This document shows, one piece after another, positions 27,365 to 39,429 of a DNA stretch of 64,000 bases. The notes under the pieces are model-generated. The model searched no databases, was not told where the DNA came from, and saw only the letters and a program-made list of their open reading frames with translations. The position numbers and the translations under genes are program-made. The stretch lies in contig NC_042999.1 of the NCBI RefSeq assembly GCF_006345805.1, positions 127,906,001-127,970,000 on the forward strand, given 5' to 3'. Within the stretch, counting starts at the first letter, position 1; each line of letters starts with the position of its first letter. This stretch comes from Octopus sinensis. Taxonomy: Eukaryota.

Positions 27365-28415
27365 AGGAGACAGCAATTGACATAGCTAAGATTGGTAATG
27401 AGAAGGTATGAGAAGGTGGGGAAGTGTCAGTGTGTAATAAAGAGAAAAGCTTAAATGAGCTCACTTGAGTTAGCCAGTTTATATTCATGCTTAAGGAAGT
27501 TTTGAGTCATCTAGGGGTGGGTGGAGGATATGTGTTTCTCTTTTTTTTTATATGTTCTAAATTAAACTTTCCTTTTTTGTTAAAATCTGTTCCACCCTCA
27601 CCTCTTTGCAGTTCTGTCACACTTTCCACATTGATCTTGCTTCACCAGTATCCTTTGCCTCCACATTCTCACCTCTTAGCATGCACAGTTTCATACCATC
27701 TACTTAACAATCACACACACATACACACACCAATACTCCACACCCCACTGACCTACACCACTATCTTCAACATTTGCATACCTCTACACACAAACATACA
27801 TATACCACTCTAAAGCACATGCACACACACACACACACACGAACACCACTCCTTTTTTATGCCTTCTTTCTGACACACTACACTCCTATACTTGTTCTTT
27901 CACACCTGTCCCTTCCTCCTTTCTAAAACCCAACTGTCACATAGAACAATATTCCCACCTGGTTTCTAACCCATTACTCATTTTTACCCTTTTCACTGAC
28001 TATTCCTCTTTCTCACTCCCTATATGCTTCTCTCTTGCTTCTGGTGAAGTGCAAACTTCCAAAAATATTTAAGATGCTTTCTCTTTCCATCAAAGCTTTA
28101 AGCTAATATCTTATTCAGTACACTTTACTCCTATTTTCCCTTTTTTAATATTTCTTCATATTTACACACACAAGCACACACACACACACTCACACACAAA
28201 GTTAAAAAAACGTGTAGTAAACACACAAATGATCAGAAAACACACAGAGAAGGTCCTCAACTCCTCATCAGTTATTGGCCAAAGAGTCAAATGCAATATA
28301 CATGTATACACATATACACACACATACATGCACATATGAATATATATATATATAATATACATGCATACACACACACACACATATATATTTTTCCATCTGT
28401 TTTATTTTTTGACAG

Positions 28416-28676
28416 CTGAAGAAGATTGCCAACTCATACCTCCAGAAATGACGAATGACTGTATAGCCCAAAGTTGGTTCCGTTTCTTACATATACTGCA
28501 GAACCCTGTCGACCTATGCCATCCAGAGATTATCAGCCAAACACCAAAATTCATTGAGATGGTTTTGGCTTGTGCCAATGTCATTGACCCTTCTGAACAT
28601 GAATGTTTGAAATCTTTACCAGTTATATTTTTTCACTCCATGCATGGTATATCAGTTATGGTCAATGCCTTCCTTG
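28416..28676 (+). CDS. RALGAPB: RalGAP beta subunit, coding exon (phase 1-1)
   Basis: EEDCQLIPPEMTNDCIAQSWFRFLHILQNPVDL...AFL; gacag| acceptor and |gtgagt donor. Confidence 0.95.
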
Positions 28677-28868
28677 GTGAGTAACAGACAGCATTTTTTT
28701 CAAACCTCATAACATTGTGTGTATATGTACAGACACACACACATACATATATGTATGTTTATGTGTATGTATATACTTATAAATAATATGAGTGGCTAAT
28801 TCACAATTTTACAACCTAAAGGCTGAAATATATATATGTGTGTGTGTCTGTATATATCTATACATATA

Positions 28869-29075
28869 CAGGGTTATTCAAAACGAATGAACCGATTTCA
28901 TTACGCAATATTTTAATTAGGAAAAGCAATAAAAAACTCTAGCTAAATCATAAGTATTTACTCACAATCAACTTTTATTTCCTGTCTTACAAGTGTTCAA
29001 TGTGGCCATCACCTGCAGCACAGGCAACATCAATGCAATAAGAGAATTCCTCCCAGACGTGTATCAGCATATCAC
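28869..29075 (-). mobile_element. 3' end of a Tc1/mariner-superfamily transposon
   Basis: Minus strand DMLIHVWEEFSYCIDVACAAGDGHIEHL*, then a terminus ending ...gaataaccctg-TA. Confidence 0.65.
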
Positions 29076-29329
29076 GATCCACTAAGTACTTCTTTGGCTG
29101 TCTGGTTGAATGCTTTATCAAAGTTTTTCCATTTCCCTTCTATGTCAATACCTTCTGGAATCGCCTCAAGCAAAGCAAATTTATTCTTTAGTTCCATAAT
29201 AAACTTGCTTTTGATATACTGATATACATCTGGGAGGAATTCTCTTATCACATTGATGCTGCCAAATGTATTGTGTCAAAATACTATTGACCTAAATTAA
29301 CAGAAGTGGTCAATGTCATCTCTGAGCAA

Positions 29330-29800
29330 CTTTGTCTGAAGACATCTCAAAAAAGCCTTCAACCCTGACTGTTTAGTTCCTATCATGAAGCATGGAGGTG
29401 GCTTTGTGATGATTTGGCCAGCTGTATCACATAATTTTCTTGCCTCTTTAATTGTTCTACATGACAAATTTCACACCAAGGATTGTCTGAGTACTTTGGG
29501 TGATCATGTTCATCCTGTGATACAAACATTGTTTCTCTGATGGTAGTACAATCATCCAGATCAATAAATGCTTCAATTTACATGGCTAATGTTATTCAAA
29601 ATTGATACAAAGAATACAGAAGTGAAGTAGATCACTTGGATTAGTTCCCCAACAACCACTGGCTCTCAATATATTCAAACATGATACATTTTGGAGCAGG
29701 AAATGAGGAGCCACTTCCTTTTGTCATCATCATTGAAATAGCTAAAGCAGGTTTCACTTGATGAATGGCTCAAAATCTCCCTAACAGCTTATCAGAAAAG
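29330..29800 (+). mobile_element. Tc1-like transposase relic (DDE region)
   Basis: FNPDCLVPIMKHGGGFVMIW...DHVHPVIQTLF... matches the Tc1 P.VKHGGGSVMVW motif. Many stops are present. Confidence 0.75.
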
Positions 29801-30107
29801 CAATGATTCCATAATATGATGGACACCTGTACTATTATTAGAATGGGTTAACTGTTTGTCCACAAAGAAGGGATTAACTCTGTAGTCATAAAAGGTTTTT
29901 CAGTAGCTCCATGATTGGAGTACTCCATGTAAGGATTAATTTAAACACTTTCTCCCAAAATGAATTAAGTTACATCTGTATCAAACATTTTCTAAGATTT
30001 TCTACTAAGCAGCTAAACAACTGGACAGAAAGTGCATATATATGTACAAGGTTTTATCTATAGATATAGAAGTCAGCATTTTTAACCACATTGTCTATTT
30101 ATTTCAG

Positions 30108-30245
30108 GTATTCCCCAGTGTACTAAGGATTTAGCTACAACTACATCTAATACTCGAACTTCCAGCACAGCATGTACTCCACCTGGTCAACGGAAACCAC
30201 CCATGAGACCTTTCTCTGCTGTCACAGCACCACTCACACAAAAAA
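30108..30245 (+). CDS. RALGAPB: RalGAP beta subunit, coding exon (phase 1-1, S/T/P-rich linker)
   Basis: tttcag|GT ATT CCC...CAA AAA A|gtaact; open frame IPQCTKDL...TPPGQRKPP..., in phase with both neighbours. Confidence 0.8.
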
Positions 30246-30458
30246 GTAACTAGTGATTCCTATTAGTCTTAATACGTTTTTTCTAATACAAAAGAGTACT
30301 CTTTCAGAATCAAAATATAAATCATTGTTGCTCTATTTAATGTTTGTATATGATGTTATAGTTGGTATCCTTATTTTTTTTTTATATAGTTATTTCAAGT
30401 AACTATATAGTAGAAAAAAAATGTTTCAGTTTATTGAGGCCATTGTTTTCTGCCCACC

Positions 30459-30676
30459 TTAACCCTCTTGTTACAACATATTATTGAAATACACTGCCTT
30501 TGTTTTAATTAATTTTGAAAATAATGAAGAATTTAGTAAAGTCATTTTGTCATTATCAAGTTGATGTTTAGAACATAAAATTTTGATGAAAAGCTTTAAA
30601 GTAAGTCACTTCCAAACAGGAAGCTTATATCATAGAAACATAGATGGTCTCAGGAGTGTTGGTGCCAAAAGATTAA
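30459..30676. mobile_element. TTAA-flanked (piggyBac-like) MITE
   Basis: ttaaccctcttg...caaaagattaa; same family as 3965-4189. Confidence 0.55.
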
Positions 30677-31591
30677 AAATTTTCTTTCAATAATCAACAG
30701 GAAGAGCAGTTTTAAGATCAAAAAGAAGCTGGGAAATTTGGAAAATAAGTCATGATCTTAATTATTTGACAAAAATTAATGTAAAGATTCTGTGCATGGG
30801 AAATGTATATACAGAGATATGTGTGTGTGTTTCTATTTCAGTATGTATCAACATTGTTATGTATGTATATGCAGAAATGTGTACATGTCTATACAAAGTT
30901 GTCTATATGCTATAGCTGTTGTCATTATCATCATCATCATCATTTAACATCCACTTTCCAGGCTGGCATGGGTTGGATAGTTTGACAGGGAACTGTCCCG
31001 ACACCAGTTGTCTATTGCAGCATGGTTTGTATGGCTGGGCACCATTCCTGACTTTAACCATTTAACTGAGTGTGCTGGATGCTTTGTATGTGCCACTGGC
31101 ATGGGTGCTTTTTATGTGGCACTGGCACCTGCAAGGACAAGCCTGTATGTGTGGAGGACAGGGATTTTATTTAGCTTAACACATCAATATGTATACACAC
31201 GTCTTTTTGTCTGTACACAGAGAATGTGTCAATTAAGCATATGAAGAGCCACATCTCTGTGTGCACACTGTATGTGAGTTTGTCAATCAAGAATTGAAGG
31301 ACAGTTTACCACTGTACACCATCCACTAACATCATCTAACACCAGTGTGCAGATTGAATAAAACATGGCGATACTGACAAGTAAAGAGAATTATATTTGT
31401 TTGTAAACAACAGCACTTCATCTTAGGGAATTATAGTCTGTCAATAAACTGTTATATGTATGTGTGTGTGTGTGTGTGTATTTCTTTTGAACTTATATCT
31501 TAATTACATGTGGAATAATTTTAAAAATTTTGTACTTTTTTATTTTCCTGCACTTTAATTTTTTTCTAATTTCTTTATATTATTATTTCAG

Positions 31592-31804
31592 CTTCCTCCA
31601 AGTCTTCATCAACATCATCTAATTTATGCAAAATGGCTTCATCGCTAACACCTTCAATAGGCACAGGTCAACTCCTGTTGGACTGCAGTCTCACAATGGC
31701 ACCTAACCGTCCTCAATGTAATAGTATTTTGAATCTTTTTGGTGCCTGGCTTTTTGAAGCAGCTTTGGCTGGAGTTATGTTGCATTCATGTCACAGTGAA
31801 ACAG
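31592..31804 (+). CDS. RALGAPB: RalGAP beta subunit, coding exon (phase 1-1)
   Basis: ...[22 protein letters not shown] resembles [22 protein letters not shown]; ttcag| and |gtatgt. Confidence 0.93.
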
Positions 31805-32214
31805 GTATGTATATGAGTGAAATGGTACTTTACATGTTATGATTAATGTACAATCAAAGAACTGTTAATGTGGAAGCCATACAGATTTAAAGTAAATGAG
31901 AAATATCATCATCATTTTACCATTAATATTAACATCGTCAACTTTTCCATGATTGCATGGGCTAGGTAGAATTCATTGAGAGTTTTTCTACACCAATATG
32001 CATTTCTGTTGCCAACCTTCACTTGTTTCCAAGATAATATTCCTCCATAACCAGACATGTTTTTGCAGAAAATTAGAAACACCACCTCTTGTAGGTCATT
32101 TTTAGTTTACAATTATTTATTTTTTTTTTTTTAATATTCTGTATCATATGACTAGTTCCTATACTACTAGCAAGCAGTGATGAAAATAATACATCGCTGA
32201 CGAAACCTAATAAG

Positions 32215-32737
32215 CTGTTCAGCGACGTGCAACCAAAAGAATACCCTCCATCAGGCATTTGCCATATCCTGAACGCCTTACTTCCCTGGGCATGGACACA
32301 TTGAAACTCCGACGTCTGGCAGCTGACTTGGCAGACACCCATAAAATTATCAACCATCGTACAAACAATAACTCTGACCACCTTTTCAAACTCCACCCAT
32401 CTAACACCCGTGAACATATTTACAAAGTAAGAAAACAGCACAGCTCCCATGACTTCAGAAAACATTTTTTCACGCTGAGAGTTGCTGAAGCATGGAACAA
32501 ACTGCCGGCATCAGTTGTTAGTTGGGAGCACTGCATCCTTCAAAACTTCCATGCTTCCTGAGATTCACCAACACTACACTTGATTTTCTCCCCTCCATAC
32601 ACACACAAGCATGTATCTGACTCATACATTTTTCGCTTTCCAGACATTTCTACATTACTGCATGTACTTTATATGCACTTTCTGACAAGTTGTGGTGCAC
32701 CTGAGCACTGTATACAATAATTTCATTATTATTATTA
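32215..32737 (+). mobile_element. 5'-truncated CR1/L2-type LINE 3' end with (ATT)n tail
   Basis: VQRRATKRIPSIRHLPYPERLTSLGMDTLKLRRL...RKHFFTLRVAEAWNKLP, then a 3' UTR and ATT repeats. The reading frame is nearly intact. Confidence 0.88.
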
Positions 32738-33027
32738 ATCAGAGACATCAGAGTCGTCTCCCTTACTTCCTGATTCTAAGAATGTTACCTTATTTAATAT
32801 TTTCTTTTAATCACTATTTAACCTTACTGGGGTTATTTCTGAAGTTCACAACATTGGACGTAATCAAATCCATTATATTCTTCTTTTTTTTTTAAACAAT
32901 CCTGTTAGTTTGTCTTTATTGATTAAATACAATGGTGTTGCTTTTAGTTTATTTCAAGGCATTAATTTTAATATTCACATCCATGTTATTAACACTTTTA
33001 TTTTTGTTTACTTTATTTCATTTTCAG

Positions 33028-33263
33028 CCCAGAAACAAGATAGACGGACCAATTCTTTGAGTGAAAGTCGACATAGCTCTTTAGCTGTGGACTACTGTTC
33101 AGATAAGAACCGCATTGCTGACAACACTTACGAATGTGGACGGGCTGAAGCTTGTGGAACACTCTGCCGGATATTCTGTGCTCATCGTACTGGTGAAGAA
33201 ATTCTACCAGTGTATTATGCTCGGTTCTACATTACTATGTATTATGGACTACAGACAGATGAT
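33028..33263 (+). CDS. RALGAPB: RalGAP beta subunit, coding exon (phase 1-0)
   Basis: [34 protein letters not shown] resembles [34 protein letters not shown]. Confidence 0.96.
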
Positions 33264-34476
33264 GTAAGTTTTCTCTAGTATCTGTCTTTAATATCTCAAA
33301 TACAGCCAAATTGAGCACCAAAAATTCTGAGTGTCTCGGATAGAGTTGGCATCTCCTAATAGCTGTTTCACAGCTGCATATTCAGACACACCACAACACC
33401 TGAATATGTATTTGATATGTAAAAAACTTAGCCCAAACGTTGAGTTTCTAACAAAGACTTTCTGTTTCAACTGAATGTTTCCAATTGTATTGCATGAACA
33501 TTTTTCTTAAGCATATAACAAATAAAATATTTTCCTATACATGCAGAAGCTTGAAAGGGGCTTTTAAAAATCTAGTACTACATATTCCTTTACAACCAGG
33601 TAATCTGAAAGGTGTTATGTTCAACAAAACCTCTGCAGTGGATTTGAATTCAAGAACTTTGTGTTGTATATTACTTCAGCCATTAAGCTTTAGTTGACTG
33701 GAGTCAGTGGTCAACTTTCAAATTGAATGTGTGACCTGGTTCTAATTGAGGTACATTTACACAAACTTCCACGACCTTTTGATTATCTTAAAGAAATAGA
33801 AAAAAAATTAAATGGAAGACTTAAATGTCATAATCTTTCTATGGTTGCTTTGAGCACTAATCTTGTTGCAGATTATGGAAGTTAACTTCAAGCATAAAGT
33901 AATTATAGCTTCTTCCTTATAAATTCTCCCTATTGTCCACTGTGCATATTGTACTAACATGTAGTAGAGTGCTCACTATATATATGGTAACTGTAACTCC
34001 AGTGTCAGCAAATGACAAATAGGTACACTTTACATCTCTTTAATTTCACACACATGCCAGGCCAAAATTCCTATAAGGAAAAGCTTTCTGACATATAAAA
34101 CTTGTAGTTGATCAATTCCAAGTCAGCCTTGATTAAGCAGACCTATGATCAAAGACATTTCAGCAATGACATCTCATCTTTTCTCTCAAGTACAGTGTAT
34201 CTGGGACTACATTATCCAATACCTCTCTTCTTTCAAGTAGCTACTGTGTGATTTGAGGGAGACTAGGGTACTATTTCTAGCATATCAAGTGCCTACATTA
34301 GTTCAAAACCTCATTCTTAATTAGAATTGGAGGAAATGGCTTAGATTTTATCAGTAGCCAGTAATCTGAGAGTGGAGTAAAACAGGAGAATGACAAAAAT
34401 AGAGGGAATTCATGGATAGCGGCAAATATTCCTTTTAAAATAAAACATAATTGTTGTTACTTTGGTTTTTTTGCAG

Positions 34477-34619
34477 AGCATGAGTAACGAAGTGCTATCA
34501 AGTATCTTGTTTAATTCTTGTGACCTCTTGCGAGTAGATTTGGCAGGAGCTCAGATTCTTGTTCCTGATATCCTAAATGCTCTTGAATTAGTTCTCAGTG
34601 ATTCTTCACAAAAATTCAA
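34477..34619 (+). CDS. RALGAPB: RalGAP beta subunit, coding exon (phase 0-2)
   Basis: tgcag|SMSNEVLSSILFNSCDLLRVDLAGAQILVPDILNALELVLSDSSQKF|gtaagt. Confidence 0.9.
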
Positions 34620-35748
34620 GTAAGTTCCAATCCTTATTTACTTTTTGTTTATAATGTTTAAAAGGATTGCTAACATTTCAAATATGCAAATGTAATTCTT
34701 TTTTCAATTAATTTTGCTGCAATATTGTATTTTTACTAAATGTGCATTGGAAATTGTAGATAAATTTAATTATCATCATCATTAAATTAGTATCCGTTTT
34801 TCATGCTAGCATGGGTTGGATGGCCAGGAATTACACCAGGTTTTGACTTGGTTTCTATGGCTGGATGTCTTTCTTAATGTCAACCATTTTCAGAGTGCAA
34901 TGGGCATATTTTACATGGCACCATTACTTGTGCTTTTTATGTGACTCCATCACCTGTGCTTTTTATGTGGCACCAACACCTACACCAGTGCTTTTTAAAT
35001 GACACAACCATTGTCAAGTTCATATGACTTTTTTGTTATTAGTTTTCTAATGACTGAAATTACATTAACTTTTTAACATTAATTGTAACAAATAACATTA
35101 GATATAATGTGATTTAAAAAAAATATGTTACCTATGGAGGGAACCCATAAAACAAAAAAGAAACAGTGCTTAGGTCTGGATTCAATAATGTTAAATAGGC
35201 AAAGTGAATCTCCAGAACAGAGTCAGAATATTTCCTTCAAATTTCATATATATTCTTAACAGTTACATGCCTTTCTTAAGGGACTCTTCAACAAATGAAA
35301 AGATTTCACCAAGTTAATAAGTCAACTTGCTAAATGCTTGCCTCTTTCCTTTTGCTCACCATGTATATATATATATATATCATTGACATCATTATCATTT
35401 AACATCCGTTTTCCATGCTGGCATGATTTAGACGGTTTGACTGGAACTGGTAAGCTGGAGGGCTGCACCAGGTTCCAGGCTGATTTGGCATGGTTTCTAC
35501 AGCTGGATGCCCTTCCTAATGCCAGCCACTCCGTGAGTGTAATGGATGCTTTTTATGTGCCACTAGCACAGGTGCCATTTATATGACACTGGTAATGACC
35601 ATGACTACAATTTCATTTGGCTTAACGAGTCTTTTCAAGTACATCATATCACCAAAGGTCTCAGTCATTTGTCATCACCTCCAGTAATGGCCACGATTAT
35701 GATTTCATGGGTGTCATTCACATGACACTAGCAATGCCCATGACTATG

Positions 35749-35788
<40 letters not shown>

Positions 35789-36216
35789 TTGATACAATTA
35801 TGAATTATTCTATTTACAATGTATACGAGGAATGCTGAAAAGTTGTGAGCTGTGGGTAAAAGGGAATACAGAAGGATCAGTTAATTATGATTTTATTCAA
35901 CATATTCCCCTTCTCAGAGTCACACACTTATTACAGCAGTCCTTCAGTTTTTCTAAGCCCTGTAAAAGTACTCAGAAGGTTGGGCCTCCAATCAGGCCTT
36001 TTGCGATACCCTTAAGGCCAGGAACTTTTCAGTACCCACTTGTATATGTTCTGCAAAGCATAAAAAAACTCTTCATTAAGGTATTTGTACTAAAACCTAT
36101 ATAATTTTGTATTTAGTATAACAAGCTATTTCTATAAGCTATTGCTTTTTTGTTCCAACAACTCAAAGGTACTCATTTCTTAAAGTAACTACTATTTTTG
36201 TTTCTTTTACTTTTAG

Positions 36217-36320
36217 ACCTCGGGAAACGATACCACTCGTTGATCTTCGCAAAGCATGTTTCCATCTCTTGTTATCAATGTTATGCTTACCACTTCACTT
36301 CAGGGATCTTGAAATCAAAG
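36217..36320 (+). CDS. RALGAPB: RalGAP beta subunit, coding exon (phase 2-1)
   Basis: tttag|PRETIPLVDLRKACFHLLLSMLCLPLHFRDLEIK|gtaagt. Confidence 0.9.
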
Positions 36321-36990
36321 GTAAGTATTTGTTAGCACTTGTTTGAATGTCTTCAGCTATGTATCTGTGTGTCTCTCTCTATGTGCGCGCATGCACACAC
36401 ACAAGCATGCATGCATATACCATTATATATATATATATATACACACACGCATACACACATCTGCACCTATGCACACCTATACATACATGAATATATGTAT
36501 AATTTATTTACACTGTATAACTATGAGAGAGACGTACATTTGTATGTATGCACTGTGTGTGTTTGTGTGTGTATGTATATATATATATATATATATAATA
36601 TATATATATATACACACACATGCACGTGCGTACACACACACACTCTCACACACAAATAGCTCCAGATGTTTTCAATACTTATGGGTTGTCCAAAGCCTCA
36701 TCGATGGAACAAAGGGTTGTTTGAGAATTTCACAGTGGAAAAGAAAAAAGAAACTAGTGATGTACACCTACTTGCCTAACTTAGTTGAGCTAGATGTGGT
36801 TGGTGAAAGAATTATATATGCAAGCTCAAATCACTCACATTAAAGTTAAAAATGTAATTTGTTTACTTACATCAAAGAGTAAATACCGGTCATATAATGG
36901 AGTTGATTAAATTTACATCATTAGCTTCATACACTCTAATGGTAAAGTTAACTTGTATATCTAGTCTTAATACATTTTGTTTCCTTTCAG

Positions 36991-37119
36991 ACATATTATC
37001 TAGTCCTGAAAATGGTGATCGAAAAATATCATTTATTTCTCTTAAATTCAAAATAACTGAACTATTACTTCGAGCATTGCGCCAGGAAACAGATGCGTCA
37101 AACACACAGATGTTATTAG
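36991..37119 (+). CDS. RALGAPB: RalGAP beta subunit, coding exon (phase 1-1)
   Basis: ISFISLKFKITELLLRALRQETDASNTQMLL resembles [31 protein letters not shown]. Confidence 0.92.
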
Positions 37120-37139
37120 GTAAGTTTGTCAATTGATAC

Positions 37140-37500
37140 CTATCATCATCATTATCGTTTAACATCTGCTTTTCATGCTAGCATGGGTTGGACAGTTTGA
37201 CAGCAGCTGACCAGATAATATGCACCCAGATTTCTGTTGTCTGTTTTGGCATGGTTTCTATGGAACGATGCCCCTCCTAATGCCATCAACTTTACAGAGT
37301 GGGCTGGGTGCTTTTTATGTGCCACTGGCACAGGTGTGTCTACAAAACACTGGCACAAGTACATTTTACATGGCACCATTACCTTCAAGACAAAGACTCC
37401 CTCAGCTAGGAGATTGAGTTGGGGCATAACCATAAAAGGCATGCCTGCAGTTTTACTTAGCTTGACATGTCTTCTCAAGTACAGCAAATTGCCACAAGTC
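37140..37500 (-). mobile_element. (GAT)n-tailed retroposon (representative copy; others near 14047, 30925, 31907, 34770, 35385, 40190, 46253, 51568, 61072)
   Basis: A shared block catcat..tttaacatc..ttttc[c/t]atgct[a/g/t]gcatgggttgga recurs at each listed site. Confidence 0.7.
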
Positions 37501-37861
37501 TCAAATTTATTTTATATTTCTTTGTCATCAACATTGACCAATAATAAATAAATTACTTCAGTTAAAATTAAGTTTGTTATCTTCTGAAAATTTTTATTTC
37601 TCTCAAGCTTCATTGAATACAGATATTATATAGATGACTATACATTTGGACAAAAATGTGATCTATGAGGTATCCATTTATATAGAGCTTGTCATTAAAT
37701 GAAAGAAGAAATCCTATGAAAGCCGATGTTGAAATGTAAATAACTTGACCAAATGATCGTTGTCTGTGTATGTGTAAACCTGAATATTAAATGACTTAAA
37801 TACTTTGCAAGTGTTCAAATGGAAAGAAGAAAAATGTTATACATCTCATCTTTTGGAAAGG

Positions 37862-38035
37862 CAGCAGGCTGGCAGAATTGTTAACACGCCAGGCCAAATA
37901 CTTAGCAGCATTTCATCCATTCTTATGTTCTGAGCTCAAATTCGGCCAAGGTCAACTTTGCTTTTTACCCTGTCAGGCTCAATAAAATAAGTACCAGTTA
38001 AACAGTTTAGCCAATGTAGTAGACTTACCCCCTCC
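37862..38035 (+). mobile_element. SINE ('gctggcagaattgttagca' family)
   Basis: Homologous to the well-preserved copy at 46566. Confidence 0.65.
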
Positions 38036-38164
38036 CTTGAAATTGTTGGCCTTGTGCCCAAAATTAAAACCAATATTTTTCACATTATTAGAAGTGTTTT
38101 TTTTATTGATAAAGTATTAATTATTGTGATATCCCTTATCTATTAATATTTGTTTTTGTGACAG

Positions 38165-38272
38165 GTGGTTTAATGTTATTGGTGCAGGACCTAGCACTGT
38201 GTGAGGAGGCTGAGTTCCATTCTGTTCAGCCACAACACGATATCTGCTTGAATGATTCTGATGTGTCTTCAG
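38165..38272 (+). CDS. RALGAPB: RalGAP beta subunit, coding exon (phase 1-1)
   Basis: acag|GGLMLLVQDLALCEE...|gtatgt resembles GAMLNIVQDSALLE. Confidence 0.88.
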
Positions 38273-39342
38273 GTATGTAACATAATTCGACTAGTTTCTA
38301 TACATGAAAATCTATATTGCTTCTGTTCCACATCTTAATGTAATGACATGAACTGGAGATGAGGGAAAATAAATAAAAGTGAAGCCATATAAATTTATAC
38401 AATTAATGGAGAACAATAAGTAGCAGAAATGGTAGGAAGTTAGACTAGACACTTTGTGATATGTAGTTTCATCCCTTTACATTCTGTCTTCAGATCTTTT
38501 ATTACTTTCATCATTTTTATGCCTTTTTTACCATATTGGCATTGGTTGGAAGGTCTCAATATTTAGCCATTTGTCACTCTTTTCTCTTATTCAATACACA
38601 GTATAAAAAAAAAATAAAATAACCAATCATCTTTGCTATATTTGTCATGCTTTCTGATGGATTATAAAGCTAGATACCTTTCTTATTATCAACCATTGTA
38701 CAGTATAGACAAGATGCATTTTATTGTTTCCCAATATTAGAAAGAATATCTGTAGTCAGACTAAAGAGCCTTTGCTACCCTGTATCAATATTTTTATTCT
38801 GGTTTACTGTTCTAGATAGTTTTCCTGCACTGAGTCTTGCAAAATCTTTATTTTACCTGTTCTTTCATTCATTTTTTGGCTGCTTAACAACCTGCCTATC
38901 ACTAACAACTTTACAATGTTAACTGGGTGCATTTTATTGTGCCTCTGGCACTAGAGAGATTTGCAATAAGGTTAAAGAGCTATCATCTACTTGACATTGT
39001 CTCCTTTCACTCGCTCTTTTTTGCTATAGTTTTTACTGCTGAATGCCTTTCCTATCACTATCCACAATACGGTAGAAACTGAATGCATTTTATCAATCAT
39101 GCCCTAAGCAGTAGAGAAGATGTCATCAGCTTGACTAAAATGTCTCCTAAACTTTATATTGCTTCCATTTGATCCTTTATGTTTTTTAACAACTATAAGT
39201 CATTTAGTGTTAATTCAATCAACTATACCCCTCCAAATAATTTCTGGCATTGTTTCAGTGTGAAAAATCAATGTACATACAATTATTTGATGATTAATAA
39301 AAAAAAAAAAATGTATATATTTCATTTCTGAATCTCTTCTAG

Positions 39343-39429
39343 ATTTCTCTAAGAGTAGCAGCTTATCTGGAGAGACATCAGTTTTAGAGGGCTTTCAAAA
39401 GATTCCTCCAGTGCAAATGAATGGCTTTG
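39343..39429 (+). CDS. RALGAPB: RalGAP beta subunit, variable-region exon (phase 1-1)
   Basis: cttctag|DFSKSSSLSGETSVLEGFQKIPPVQMNGF|gtaagt; 87 nt, open, in phase. Assigned from splice signals rather than homology. Confidence 0.7.

Noticed and set aside
29219-29228. actgatatac as an editing-complementary sequence for exon 28416
   Set aside because: Only about 10 nt match, within a transposon relic. This is compatible with chance.
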